A stretch of 62,997 nucleotides of DNA, counting the filler, from a bacterium (GTDB lineage Bacteria; UBA9089; CG2-30-40-21; SBAY01): the NCBI GenBank assembly GCA_040757115.1. It is 12 parts of 12 records of this genome, joined end to end, with 100 filler letters (N's around TTAATTAATTAA, not from the genome) between each part and the next. Parts side by side here need not be neighbours in the genome. Positions count along the whole stretch, not along the records: positions 1 to 25,774 come from JBFLYA010000033.1; positions 25,875 to 29,254 come from JBFLYA010000335.1; positions 29,355 to 32,709 come from JBFLYA010000336.1; 9 more parts are not named here. The stretch is one strand, 5' to 3'. A program made the translations under genes and the position numbers. Below the pieces are notes generated by a model. It worked only from the letters and a program-made list of their open reading frames with translations, did no database searches and was not told the DNA's origin. This document shows, one piece after another, positions 20,328-30,426 of the stretch (positions are counted from its first letter, which is position 1; every line of letters begins with the position of its first letter).

Positions 20328-22467
20328 CAGCGTCCGCAACTAATAATAAAATACTAACCAGAGTTATTCCCAAACCTATCTTAAAATTTAATGGGAAATA
20401 GACAAACCTCACCTCATGTGTTCCTTCTGGCACAAACACTGCCTTAAAAATATAATTAGCACGATATATCTTTGTTGCCTGACCATTTATAAACGCCTGC
20501 CAGCCTGGATAATAGGTTTCACTTATGAATAAAAAACAATCACAAGGCGAAGATACTTTAATAATAATCTTATTGGGTTGATAATCTATAATTTTTGGAT
20601 TTTTGATTTTGAATTTTTGGTTTTTAAATTCAATATTTTCTTCCAGGATTATCTCTTTTGCCGGGTCAAAGTCTTTTCTCAACATCCGGCGTAAAATATC
20701 GTCCCTATCTTTAATAATTACTATCTGAGGCACCAGGAATGCCCTTTTAAGACAGGTTGGATTTTCATAGAGCTTTATTTTGCCATCCTTTATTAATCTT
20801 AATTCTTCACCGATTAATTTATCTTTACTAATTATATATTTGATATTCAATAAGTTAAGTAACTTATGTATTTGTCCAACTTCACCTGTTGAGATAATTC
20901 TCATCAAATTATTGTAATCTTTTAAAACTATGCACTCATAGCCATTAGCATCAAATACCTTTTTATGCAATAAACCCAGATTAGGAATCATAGCCTCCTG
21001 TGCCAGGGGTAAAATCTCAGGGTCAATTGGTCCCGAGTGATAATTAAAGAAACCTGAAGTCTTTGGTGATAATAATATCCGATAATAACCCTTGATTAAC
21101 TTTGATACCGCTGGTTTTTGTTGGTAGAAACTTTCTTTCACCATAGGATTCAAATCATCATCAGCAATCAATAAATCGTTTAAAATAAGCAAAATGATGG
21201 TTATGGAAAGGAAATTTAAGGTGATAGATTGTCTTTTTGCCAACAAGACTAATAAACTCATCAGGGCTAATAAAATAGTCTGCACAAAAATATTAACTAA
21301 TGGAAATCTTATCTGAATTAATATCAAGCCGATAAATAAAAGTATTGAAACAACTAAAAATGATTTTATCCTTTTAGACTTAATTAAGTATTCGTATCCA
21401 AATCCCGATAATAAAGCCCCGGCAAATGTGGCGATGGCAAAAAATTTTACCGGAATCTGCATCAAATTAAACCCCGGAATAAATCTATATAACCATTTAT
21501 AGAGAGGGAAATACTCTCCTGATGAAAGCAGGATAAAACTAATGAAGATAAAACCCCAAAATAGCCGACCTGAACATATCCCGATAAATATAAGAGAAAG
21601 TGGTATTATTCCGAGATAAATTGAGTCAATCAGTCCTTGAATATAGTTAAATATGCCAGCTGAGGTCATCGTGTAGGAAAACATAGGGATAAGTAAATCA
21701 ACAAGCTCATACGGGGCTAACGACCAACGGCTTGCCTCTTCAAAACTCATTCCTGAGGCCCTATTTGATTGGGAAACTAATTCTAAAAATGGTAATAATT
21801 GAAATGAACTTAAACCCAAAGCAATGAATCCAACGAGGATAATTTGAGGTATCCCTCTCTTTTTGAGCAAGATGAGTGAATACAATAGCAAGATTAACAT
21901 AGTTGCAAAGAGAGTGGTCGGTTCTCCAGATAGGAATTGCAGACTTATCCCTATGCCAGACCAAATTACATATCGTCCCCCTTTGACAAAAAATAACAAG
22001 ATAAAAGGAATCCAGGTAATTGCCGCAAGGACATTCAATATGTCATACACCGAGACAAAATATCCACTAAAGATATAAACAATCCCGGCTATTAATGAAG
22101 ATTCCTTACTTTGTCCCCAGGCTTGCATTAAAAAATAGGTAAATAATCCGGCTAAAAATATATGAAGGACAATAAATAATTTTATGCCGAGGTTAATTGG
22201 CAGAAAATAGATAATAAATGAAAAAGGATACAAGACCTGGGATTGGAGAGGGGCTAAAAACGGCATGCCACAAAAGATATAAGGATTCCAGAGGGGGATG
22301 ATACCTTCTTTTAGACAATGTGAAGTAAAATATTGGGTTGGATAAAAATATCTAAAGAAGTCTTTAAAATAAAAGATAAAATCACTTAAAAGTAAGGTAG
22401 AAAGGAATATAAATATGGATACGGCTAAAAATAAGATAATTAATAAATCTTGTTTGTCATACTTCAT
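20290..22467 (-). CDS. YfhO-family membrane glycosyltransferase
   Basis: PLWNPYIFCGMP N-terminus; YYPGWQA and GTHEVRFVY C-terminus. Confidence 0.85.
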   Translation of the reverse strand: MKYDKQDLLIILFLAVSIFIFLSTLLLSDFIFYFKDFFRYFYPTQYFTSHCLKEGIIPLWNPYIFCGMPFLAPLQSQVLYPFSFIIYFLPINLGIKLFIVLHIFLAGLFTYFLMQAWGQSKESSLIAGIVYIFSGYFVSVYDILNVLAAITWIPFILLFFVKGGRYVIWSGIGISLQFLSGEPTTLFATMLILLLYSLILLKKRGIPQIILVGFIALGLSSFQLLPFLELVSQSNRASGMSFEEASRWSLAPYELVDLLIPMFSYTMTSAGIFNYIQGLIDSIYLGIIPLSLIFIGICSGRLFWGFIFISFILLSSGEYFPLYKWLYRFIPGFNLMQIPVKFFAIATFAGALLSGFGYEYLIKSKRIKSFLVVSILLFIGLILIQIRFPLVNIFVQTILLALMSLLVLLAKRQSITLNFLSITIILLILNDLLIADDDLNPMVKESFYQQKPAVSKLIKGYYRILLSPKTSGFFNYHSGPIDPEILPLAQEAMIPNLGLLHKKVFDANGYECIVLKDYNNLMRIISTGEVGQIHKLLNLLNIKYIISKDKLIGEELRLIKDGKIKLYENPTCLKRAFLVPQIVIIKDRDDILRRMLRKDFDPAKEIILEENIEFKNQKFKIKNPKIIDYQPNKIIIKVSSPCDCFLFISETYYPGWQAFINGQATKIYRANYIFKAVFVPEGTHEVRFVYFPLNFKIGLGITLVSILLLVADAVTSFQFHQRRCG

Positions 22468-22543
22468 AATGATATTAAGGTTATCATAAAGATAAAAGAA
22501 ATGTCAAGGGAAAAATCGAGACGGTTCACCCTCCTCAATTCTC

Positions 22544-23178
22544 ATAACTGTTCAGCCACGGATGCACACAGATGAAACACGGAAAATCGGTGGTGTCTGA
22601 AAATAACTCTAATAGTGAAATCTATGCAGATTTGGTGTCCAAAAGGGATTTCCTCCAAAGAGCAAAATGCAAAAAGCAAATATAAAAATTACATATCAAA
22701 ATGTAAAATTATCTCTTTCCTTTCAGCGTTAAAATAGAAATCCTTTTGGGACGGTTCACTTTTGTTTGAAAGATTGCGGATTGAAATTGGAAATTAGGGA
22801 AAGAGACAAAAGCCCAATTTCTAATTTCCAATTTCCAACAAAAATCATAGGAAAAACGATAAAAGGAACCGTCCCGTCCTTTTTGAAATTTGATTTGTAA
22901 TTTTGCATTTTGATATTTAATATTTGATATTTGATATTTATTTGTTGTCTCCCTCAAATCCTATTTTGCAGAACCCTATACACTATTTTAACCTTTATGC
23001 TAGATTAAGACAGCCCCGGAAAATCCAGCTAATCGTATTCGGGTCGTGTCTGTAATTTGCCTATAAGGAATCCACCTTCTAATCCCCCGCCAGCGGGGGA
23101 CATTCGCTTCTAACCTCTGTCCTCTGCTATTTATATTTATCCGTGCTAATCCGTGTCAATCAATGGCTGAACAGTTAC
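22544..23178. mobile_element. Multi-layer nested MITE composite
   Basis: Outer ATAACTGTTCAGCC...GGCTGAACAGTTAC. Inner family E element at 22589-23017 has TSD GGAAAATC. Further inner repeat pairs lie within it. Confidence 0.85.
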
Positions 23179-23188
23179 AATAAATTTA

Positions 23189-23229
23189 TTGACAATCTCT
23201 GTCGGATATTATATAATATTATTATCCGA
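23189..23229 (+). promoter_or_regulatory. Consensus sigma70 promoter overlapped by an inverted repeat
   Basis: TTGACA-17-TATAAT; TCGGATA...TATCCGA surrounds the -10. Confidence 0.65.
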
Positions 23230-23257
23230 TATATCTGATAATAAGAGGTCTAATTGA

Positions 23258-23545
23258 ATGAATAGCGAGCAAATAATAGAGACTTTACTCTTATGGAATT
23301 TTTGGGAGAAGGATATAGATATAGGTGTGCTCAGGGAAGAGTATCTAACACGGATAAGAAGATATTTATCTACGGATGAAATTGTAGTTGTAACAGGGGT
23401 GAGACGGTCGGGTAAAAGCACTCTTTTGCTTCAGGTAATCTTCGAGTTAATTAAAAATAATCTTCCCAGCATCAATACCCTTTATGTTAATTTTGAGGAC
23501 CCGAGGTTTTATAATTTTTCGACCTGTGAAATAGGAATATTTTGA
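23258..23545 (+). pseudogene. AAA+ ATPase (AAA_14/DUF4143-type) truncated by insertion
   Basis: Walker A GVRRSGKS and YVNFED, then cut by the element starting at 23520. Confidence 0.8.
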
Positions 23546-24066
23546 TCGTGGTTAGTATAAGAAGGGGGATAAGGGGATAAAGGAGATATGGAGATATCAA
23601 AAGGATATCAAGAAAATTTACTTACTGAGATAATAATTCAATGTATTATTAAGGTACACCAGACATTGGGTCCAGGTTTTCTGGAAAGTATTTACCGCAG
23701 GGCAATGGTAATTGAACTTACAAAACAGGGATTGAGAGTTAAGACAGAGAAAGAAATACTAATCTACTACGAAGGAGAAGAAATTGGGAAACACAGATTG
23801 GATATTCTTGTAGAAAGCAAGGTAATAGTAGAACTAAAAACGGTGGAGGAATTAAGCAAAGCTCATTATGCTCAGGTTCGCTCATATTTAAAAGCTACAG
23901 GTGTAAAGGTGGCTATTCTTGTAAACTTTGCTAAAGAAAAGGCAGATTTTAGAAGAGTGGAATTAGAATAATATCCCCTTATCTCCTTAATCTCCCTATC
24001 TCCTTTTCTTACACCAAGCAGTGGAGTATAATTTTGTTTTCCCATGTCGACCTATTTCACAGGTCG
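23520..24066. mobile_element. CGACCTGTGAAATAGG-ended element carrying an intact GxxExxY gene
   Basis: Perfect 16-bp TIR; second copy at 59359. Confidence 0.88.
23588..23971 (+). CDS. GxxExxY protein (PD-(D/E)xK nuclease fold)
   Basis: LGPGFLESIY and RLDILVESKVIVELK motifs. Confidence 0.92.
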   Translation: MEISKGYQENLLTEIIIQCIIKVHQTLGPGFLESIYRRAMVIELTKQGLRVKTEKEILIYYEGEEIGKHRLDILVESKVIVELKTVEELSKAHYAQVRSYLKATGVKVAILVNFAKEKADFRRVELE

Positions 24067-24150
24067 CAAAATTGTAGGATTTGTTACTATCCTGATTTCC
24101 TGGCTGTTAACTGATTGCTGATACCTGATGGCTGAACGGTTACCAATTTC

Positions 24151-24600
24151 TTATAACCTATTCAAAACCGTCTGCCAGAAAAAACCGTTCTGGAAGGCAA
24201 AGATTAAGTTCACTATCACAGGCGTGCTTTCTCCGATACTTGCATAGACTACACCAAATACTATTGGCGAAACTAACATTGGCCTGAAAAGCTGCCACTT
24301 GTTGAGTTCTATCTTTTTGCCTTCTTCACCAATAGCATCAAAAAAGTATTTAGCCGCCATACCAGCTAACATCAGCAGATAAAGGCTTATTTCCAGGCAG
24401 GGGATTTGAGCCAAAAAAGAAGATACCCCACGCTGGGTAACATCCGGTGGTTGAAGAAGGAAAAAATCTGCACAAATAAATAGCACTAAACCACCGATTA
24501 GTGTGGTTAAGAGGAAGATTATCTGTCCCTTTTTACTCCATTCTGCTCTCACCACCCAGACAGCCACAATCCCTATAATTGCTAAGGCAATATATGCCAT
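24151..24600 (-). CDS. Hypothetical membrane protein
   Basis: AGGAGG RBS, several TM helices, FAFQNGFFWQ motif. Confidence 0.7.
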   Translation of the reverse strand: MAYIALAIIGIVAVWVVRAEWSKKGQIIFLLTTLIGGLVLFICADFFLLQPPDVTQRGVSSFLAQIPCLEISLYLLMLAGMAAKYFFDAIGEEGKKIELNKWQLFRPMLVSPIVFGVVYASIGESTPVIVNLIFAFQNGFFWQTVLNRL

Positions 24601-24628
24601 ACTACATCCCTCCTAAATTTCCTTCTTC

Positions 24629-24730
24629 CTATGCCCTAACAGCGTTAAAACGCCGGTGTCTTAATGCAACCGCCAGGGCAGGATAAACATCTTCATCAAT
24701 GTAAAGTTTTATAGAAGAGGGGACGGCAGA
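24629..24730 (-). pseudogene. DUF5615/PIN-like toxin N-terminal fragment
   Basis: IKLYIDEDV...ALRHRRFNAV then an immediate stop. Confidence 0.55.
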
Positions 24731-25007
24731 TACTATAGTCTCTTCTCCTGGAAAAGATGTTTTCTCCTCGACGAGAAACCGTCCTTGTAGAGTAAATATC
24801 CTCAATAATTTCTTCCGGTGTTCTCTCATCCTCCCAACCACTGCATCTTTTTAGAAATGATTCCGTAGTTTCTCTACTCCTTTTTTTATCTTCAATAGGG
24901 GACTCCTCTTCCAAAAAGGTAATGATCACCATGCAACGCTTTGGAAATCTTATCTTCTCTAAAGGAGTTATTTTCCCCTTATCATAAACACCTTTAATAG
25001 CAACCAT
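24696..25007 (-). CDS. DUF104/AF2212-like antitoxin
   Basis: MVAIKGVYDKGKITPLE N-terminus; consensus minus-strand promoter at about 25070-25098. Confidence 0.6.
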   Translation of the reverse strand: MVAIKGVYDKGKITPLEKIRFPKRCMVIITFLEEESPIEDKKRSRETTESFLKRCSGWEDERTPEEIIEDIYSTRTVSRRGENIFSRRRDYSICRPLFYKTLH

Positions 25008-25107
25008 AAGTTCCCCCTCCTTGACAATCAAGACTGACTCTCTATCCCCTTCACTCCTCAACAATAGCTATTATAACATCATTAAACAAAGTTGTCAATA
25101 GAAAATT

Positions 25108-25350
25108 GTAACTGTTCACCGCAGAGACACAGAGACGCAGAGAAAAACACACACCTAATTCCCCTCTCACGAGGGAAAAATCTATGGACAATACGCAGAT
25201 TAACCAATCTGGCTTGCCTGCTGAACATTCGGTAAGCAGGTCATAAATATTTCTATGTCTGCACCAATAATCTTTTCTGTTATCTAATTTATTTCTATGT
25301 CTTCTCTGTTCCTCTGCGTCTCTGCGGTAAATTACCACCTGAACGGTTAC
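25108..25350. mobile_element. IS66-like MITE with 8-bp TSD AGAAAATT and GxxExxY remnant
   Basis: TIR GTAACTGTTCA/TGAACGGTTAC; TSD at 25100-25107 and 25351-25358; minus strand reads ITEKIIGADIE. Confidence 0.88.
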
Positions 25351-25387
25351 AGAAAATTAAGGATTACGCTTAAATTAGAGTTTTTAT

Positions 25388-25567
25388 CTATCTCTCTTCC
25401 CAGTTTTGAATCTTCAAATAAAAAGGGCATTTTTTACATTCTTGTAAGGTGTGGTTATGACAACAGGCTGGATTTTTTACCTCAAAACAATTCTTACTCT
25501 GCCTGTACGCCTCGCACATTAAATAGAAACTTGCAGGACAACCTTTGATATTAAAGCATTTATTCAT
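25388..25567 (-). CDS. 59-aa cysteine-rich protein (absent from ORF track)
   Basis: AGGAGG RBS; MNKCFNIKGCPASFYLMCEAYRQSKNCFEVKNPACCHNHTLQECKKCPFYLKIQNWEER, 8 Cys. Confidence 0.75.
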   Translation of the reverse strand: MNKCFNIKGCPASFYLMCEAYRQSKNCFEVKNPACCHNHTLQECKKCPFYLKIQNWEER

Positions 25568-25647
25568 TATCTCTTCCTCCTTTTTAAGTAATCGAATTAA
25601 TCGAATAAAACAAATTCGTAAAAATACGAAGAATTCGTTAAGTTTGG

Positions 25648-25774
25648 GTAACCGTTCAAGCTATATATCAAAAGTGTAAGAAAGGGGATAAGGAGATAAG
25701 AGTGATATGGAGATAAGATAATAGAAATAGATTGAAATTTATAGAAATAGGTAGAAATTGATTGTGGAAAACAA
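25648..25774. mobile_element. 237-bp IS66-like MITE, partial at contig end
   Basis: Matches the complete copies at 30541-30777 and 60549-60785. Other partial copies start near 29355, 32587, 35975, 49828 and 53197. Confidence 0.85.
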
Positions 25775-25874
25775 NNNNNNNNNNNNNNNNNNNNNNNNNN
25801 NNNNNNNNNNNNNNNNNNTTAATTAATTAANNNNNNNNNNNNNNNNNNNNNNNNNNNNNNNNNNNNNNNNNNNN
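25775..25874. other. Artificial contig linker (N-TTAATTAATTAA-N), first of 11
   Basis: Same 100-nt linker starts at 29255, 32710, 36134, 39543, 42944, 46342, 49728, 53097, 56409 and 59714. A plain 100-N gap lies at 19624-19723. Confidence 0.97.
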
Positions 25875-25963
25875 CTTTCCTACTCTCCTACTTCCTACTT
25901 TCAGGAGAATCCCCTATTTCACTGACCCATTACCAATTACCAAACTTAAGGAGGTTGGAGAAA

Positions 25964-26425
25964 ATGAAGGTTTATGAAGGAAAATTAGAGGCAAAGGGAT
26001 TAAAGATAGGAGTAATTGTCTCCCGATTTAACGAGTTTATTACATCTAAATTAGTTGATGGCTGTTTAGATGCCTTAGTTCGACATGGGGCAAAAGAAGA
26101 TGATATTGAAATTGTTAAAGTCCCGGGTTCTTTTGAAATTCCATATATCGCAAAGAAAATGGCAGATATGAAGAAATATGATGCTATTATCTGTCTGGGA
26201 GTCATCATTCGAGGAGAAACGCCACATTTTAATTATATTTGTAATGAAGTCGCTAAAGGGATTGCGAATGTTTCGTTAGAAAGTGGTATCCCGGTCATTT
26301 TTGGAGTTATCACTTCAGATACAATCGAACAGGCGATTGAACGCGCTGGAACCAAAAGTGGTAACAAGGGATTTGATGCGGCATTATCAGCCATTGAAAT
26401 GGCTAATCTATATAAAAGTGTCTAA
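25964..26425 (+). CDS. ribH: 6,7-dimethyl-8-ribityllumazine synthase
   Basis: [21 protein letters not shown] and [10 protein letters not shown] motifs. Confidence 0.96.
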   Translation: MKVYEGKLEAKGLKIGVIVSRFNEFITSKLVDGCLDALVRHGAKEDDIEIVKVPGSFEIPYIAKKMADMKKYDAIICLGVIIRGETPHFNYICNEVAKGIANVSLESGIPVIFGVITSDTIEQAIERAGTKSGNKGFDAALSAIEMANLYKSV

Positions 26426-26848
26426 ATGAAAAGGAAAAGATCAAAGGCAAGAGAATTAGCTCTTCAGGTACTCTTTGCGATTGAAGCATCTCAATCTGAG
26501 CCAGATGAGGTCATTTCTATATTCTGGCAAGAGAATATGGATGTATTACCTGAAATTAAAGAGTTTGCTGATTCTTTAATTAGAGGGGTATTAAAAAGGT
26601 TATCCGAGGTTGACAACCTTATTAGTTCCCATGCGGATAATTGGGAATTTTCCAGAATAGCTATCGTTGACCGCAATATTATGCGAATAGCTACCCTTGA
26701 ATTAATGGCAATGAAAGATATTCCTGGAGCGGTTGTGATTAATGAAGCCGTAGAATTGGCTAAAACTTATAGCACTCAGGACTCATCAAGGTTTGTCAAC
26801 GGTATTTTAGATAAGATAAAGGAGGATATTAATCGTGTCAGGGTATAA
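26426..26848 (+). CDS. nusB: Transcription antitermination factor NusB
   Basis: RSKARELALQ, INEAVELAK and FVNGILD motifs. Confidence 0.95.
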   Translation: MKRKRSKARELALQVLFAIEASQSEPDEVISIFWQENMDVLPEIKEFADSLIRGVLKRLSEVDNLISSHADNWEFSRIAIVDRNIMRIATLELMAMKDIPGAVVINEAVELAKTYSTQDSSRFVNGILDKIKEDINRVRV

Positions 26849-27872
26849 ATCAGGATTAATAGCCCTTCTCTTATTAATGGGATGCACAACGACATCTTCC
26901 CAGATAAAAAAAGAATCTATCCTTCAACACAACATAGCGGTTAAATATATCAGATTAGACCTCTGGCAAGATGCTAAACTCCATCTTTTAAAGGCATTAG
27001 AATTAGCACCTCAAGAGGCATCAATATATAATAGTTTAGGGGTTGTCTATGAATATTTCAATCTAAATGATAAGGCAAAAGAGGTTTATCAAAAGGCAGT
27101 CAGTTTGGCTCCAGATATTCCTGTGTATCAAAAGAATCTTAACTCATTTGAGAGAGAATGTCTTAATTCAACACAAACAACTACTTTAGAAAAAGAGACT
27201 CCATCGCATATAAAGATTTCGACGGTAAAAATTCCCATTAAAAGAATCCTGGAGTCCAAAATAAAGATTGATAAGATAAATCGAGTTGCCCTCTTTTCCT
27301 TTTCAAAAAATGAAGATGATAAAAATGCAATAAAAATTAGCCAGATGTTATCGCAGGTATTTAAGATGAATGTCCTTGAAGAAAACCCTTTTTATATCTT
27401 AGAAGATTATGAGATAAAAGATTTAACGCAAGAGGAACCCATTAGCCAGCAGGACATAGAAAACTCATCAAAAAGAATGCTTTTATACAAAATCTTATCT
27501 ATTGATGGATTATTTGTCCTTAAAATTAATGAATTTAAGGACCGTAGATATAAAAAGTCGGAACTTAAAAATTATTATTCTGAAGAAAAAAAGGAATTTA
27601 TATATTATTATCAACCTTATATTGAAAGGAATATTGAAATTAATATGTCAATATCATTTTTTGAAGCAACCACAGATAGACTTTTGTGGGATAAGGAATA
27701 TAAAGATAATCTATCTAATACTTATGTAGGAGATGATGAAGAAAATATCCGACTATTTGATAAACAGCTATTTAAGGACTTTATAAATAAGTGTGTTGAG
27801 GATTTCATAATTGATATTAGCCCTCAAGAAAAGGTTTATGAACGAATATTAGTCATAGAAAATCAAAAATGA
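26835..27872 (+). CDS. TPR-containing lipoprotein
   Basis: Lipobox LMGC and TPR helices. Confidence 0.7.
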   Translation: MSGYKSGLIALLLLMGCTTTSSQIKKESILQHNIAVKYIRLDLWQDAKLHLLKALELAPQEASIYNSLGVVYEYFNLNDKAKEVYQKAVSLAPDIPVYQKNLNSFERECLNSTQTTTLEKETPSHIKISTVKIPIKRILESKIKIDKINRVALFSFSKNEDDKNAIKISQMLSQVFKMNVLEENPFYILEDYEIKDLTQEEPISQQDIENSSKRMLLYKILSIDGLFVLKINEFKDRRYKKSELKNYYSEEKKEFIYYYQPYIERNIEINMSISFFEATTDRLLWDKEYKDNLSNTYVGDDEENIRLFDKQLFKDFINKCVEDFIIDISPQEKVYERILVIENQK

Positions 27873-29224
27873 TAAGTATAGGACTCACAATCAGTAAAGA
27901 TAAGATTAATATTGCTCAGGTAAAAGGAACTTATCGGAAATTAAGTTCAATTAAAACTCAAGAGATACCAACAGATATTGGAGAAGCAGAAGTTGCTTTA
28001 TATATAAAGCGATTTTTCAAGAAGAATAATATTAAAACAAAATATATCTGTTTGGGTCTTCCGAGAAGACAGATTTTAGTAAATATCATTGAATTACCCC
28101 CGATAAAAAAAGATTTAATCAGTCAGGCTCTAAAATATGAAGTTGAAGAACATATTCCATATCCTATTGAAGAGGTTTATTACGATTATCAGATTATAGG
28201 ACAATTTGAGAAGAAAACTAATATTCTGTTAGTGGCGGTTAGAAAAGAAGTAGTTGACCCTTACTTACAACTTTTATCTCAAATCGAACTTAAGCCACTT
28301 TTTGTCGATGTAGAATCTTTTAGTATAATTAACCTGTGCCTTGAACTATTTTCTAATGAATTCAAACACAACACTACTCTGCTAATAAGTAGTGAAACTG
28401 ATTGTAGTGAAATAAGTCTTTTAAAAAATGAGAAACTGGAGTTTACCAAAAGTCTTCCTTTCTTAACAGATGACACAGTTTTTTTAGAAGAGATAAAGAA
28501 AATTATTGATTACTTTCAAACCTCATCAGAGGGATTCAAAATTGATAAGATAATTCTTACTAAAGGAATATCAAATGGTATAGCCCAAAATTTAAAACAA
28601 GAATTAGGTATTTCAACAATAATTATTGACCCACTTGCGTCTTTGACCTCAGAGGGAGGAAACTTAGCCACAATTAGCTCGGCATGGCGAGGGATAAAAA
28701 AGGGGAAATTAAGCATTGACCTATCCCCAATGAAGGAGATTAGAGCAAAAGAACTACGAAAAACTAATTATATAAAGACAGGAATTTTAGTCACTCTAAT
28801 CTTTATTTTATTAAATGGTATTTTTCATTTGAATCTAATAAGTAGAGAACGGAAATTAGAAACCATAGATGGAATTATCTCAAAAAATCAATCTCTCCTG
28901 AGTGAAATAGTGGAGATTCAAGAAGAATTTCAATTATTTCAGGGTGCAAAGGAAGATAAAATAGAATACCTGGATTTACTCCTTGAATTGTCCAATATTT
29001 TACCTTCTAATGCATGGATAAAGAATGTTACCTTTGAAAAAGACCAATTAAAGGAATTAAGCGGAACGACATTGGGTTCGGCATCTGCATTATTACCTAT
29101 TTTAGAGGCATCACCTTATCTGAAAAATGTAGAATTTACCGGCAGTATTGTTAAACACCGGCTTGAAAATCAGGAGCTCGAAGAATTCAGTCTTAAAGCA
29201 AATCTGGTAAGTGGTAAAGAATAA
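27869..29224 (+). CDS. PilM/PilN-like pilus assembly fusion protein
   Basis: Actin-like PilM region (IPYPIEEVYYDY), TM helix, PilN-like end (LEASPYLKNV). Confidence 0.75.
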   Translation: MISIGLTISKDKINIAQVKGTYRKLSSIKTQEIPTDIGEAEVALYIKRFFKKNNIKTKYICLGLPRRQILVNIIELPPIKKDLISQALKYEVEEHIPYPIEEVYYDYQIIGQFEKKTNILLVAVRKEVVDPYLQLLSQIELKPLFVDVESFSIINLCLELFSNEFKHNTTLLISSETDCSEISLLKNEKLEFTKSLPFLTDDTVFLEEIKKIIDYFQTSSEGFKIDKIILTKGISNGIAQNLKQELGISTIIIDPLASLTSEGGNLATISSAWRGIKKGKLSIDLSPMKEIRAKELRKTNYIKTGILVTLIFILLNGIFHLNLISRERKLETIDGIISKNQSLLSEIVEIQEEFQLFQGAKEDKIEYLDLLLELSNILPSNAWIKNVTFEKDQLKELSGTTLGSASALLPILEASPYLKNVEFTGSIVKHRLENQELEEFSLKANLVSGKE

Positions 29225-29643
29225 GGAGTTACCAATTTATGGCTTCACGAAATTNNNNNNNNNNNNNNNNNNNNNNNNNNNNNNNNNNNNNNNNNNNNTT
29301 AATTAATTAANNNNNNNNNNNNNNNNNNNNNNNNNNNNNNNNNNNNNNNNNNNNGATATGGAGATAAGATAATAGAAATAGATTGAAATTTATAGAAATA
29401 GGTAGAAATTGATTGTGGAAAACAACAAATTTCTATAAATTTCTATTAGTTTCTACTAATTTCAATTTTTTTAATAATATCTCCATAATCCCCGTATCTC
29501 CTTTTCTTACACTATTTCAACCTTTATGTTAGATTAAGACACCACCAAATTTTCAGCCATCAGCCTTGAACCTAATTACGGACACGGATTATGAATTTTC
29601 AGTGTTTCATCCGTGTCTATCTGTGGCTGAATAATTACAATTA

Positions 29644-30411
29644 GTGGAACAAAGAATGGATTTAATCGCTTACCGAAATAAAGAAATTGAAAAAAAAAGA
29701 ACTGATGATTTAATGGCACTCATTCCAGGTGATTCCAGAAAGACTGCTCTGGATATTGGGGCATGGGATGGTTGGTTTTCCCTGTTGCTTGCTGAGAGAT
29801 TCGAGCGAGTAACCGCACTTGATTTAGAAAAACCGTCTATTGCTCATCCAAAAATTCAATGTGTTAAAGGAGATGCGACTAATTTAGCTTTTGATAACGA
29901 TGAATTTGATTTGGTATTTTGTGCAGAAGTTCTTGAACATATTCCATCTAATCATCTGCAAAAAGTTTGTTCCGAGTTAGAACGTGTTACGAAGAAATAT
30001 ATTCTTATTGGCGTTCCTTTCAAGCAAGATATCAGAGTAGGTCGAACAAAATGCCACACCTGTGGAAAAAGGAATCCTTCATATGGACATATTAATAGTT
30101 TTGATGAGCACAGATTAAAAAAATTGTTTCCTTTATGCGAGGTAAAGAAGATATCGTTTGTAGGACTAAACAATAAATGCACTAACTTATTGTCAATGTT
30201 GCTTCTGGACCTGGCAGGAAACCCATATGGCTCTTATCAAGATGATGAATGGTGTCTTCATTGTGGAGCCAGGCTAAAAAGGCCACTCCAAAGAAATATT
30301 TTGCAGAAAGTTTTAACAAGAATGGCAGTTTATATCCAAAATATACAACAATATTTCCACCGCCCACAGCCGAATTGGATTCATATCCTTTTTGAGAAGC
30401 GGAAGGTATAA
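29644..30411 (+). CDS. Class I SAM-dependent methyltransferase with Cys motifs
   Basis: LDIGAWDG and EVLEHIP motifs; two CxxC. Confidence 0.8.
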   Translation: MEQRMDLIAYRNKEIEKKRTDDLMALIPGDSRKTALDIGAWDGWFSLLLAERFERVTALDLEKPSIAHPKIQCVKGDATNLAFDNDEFDLVFCAEVLEHIPSNHLQKVCSELERVTKKYILIGVPFKQDIRVGRTKCHTCGKRNPSYGHINSFDEHRLKKLFPLCEVKKISFVGLNNKCTNLLSMLLLDLAGNPYGSYQDDEWCLHCGARLKRPLQRNILQKVLTRMAVYIQNIQQYFHRPQPNWIHILFEKRKV

Positions 30412-30426
30412 CAACCACATCAACAC

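Noticed and set aside
22709-22957. 82-aa ORF; likewise 25051-25338, 25297-25548 and 59215-59439
   Set aside because: They lie mostly in or run through repeat elements and have low-complexity translations.
24601-24645. GTTAGGGC at the PIN-toxin truncation as a cassette integration site
   Set aside because: No complementary R'' or attC after gene 24151-24600.
25819-25830. Recurrent TTAATTAATTAA motif
   Set aside because: Synthetic all-frame stop linker inside N runs.
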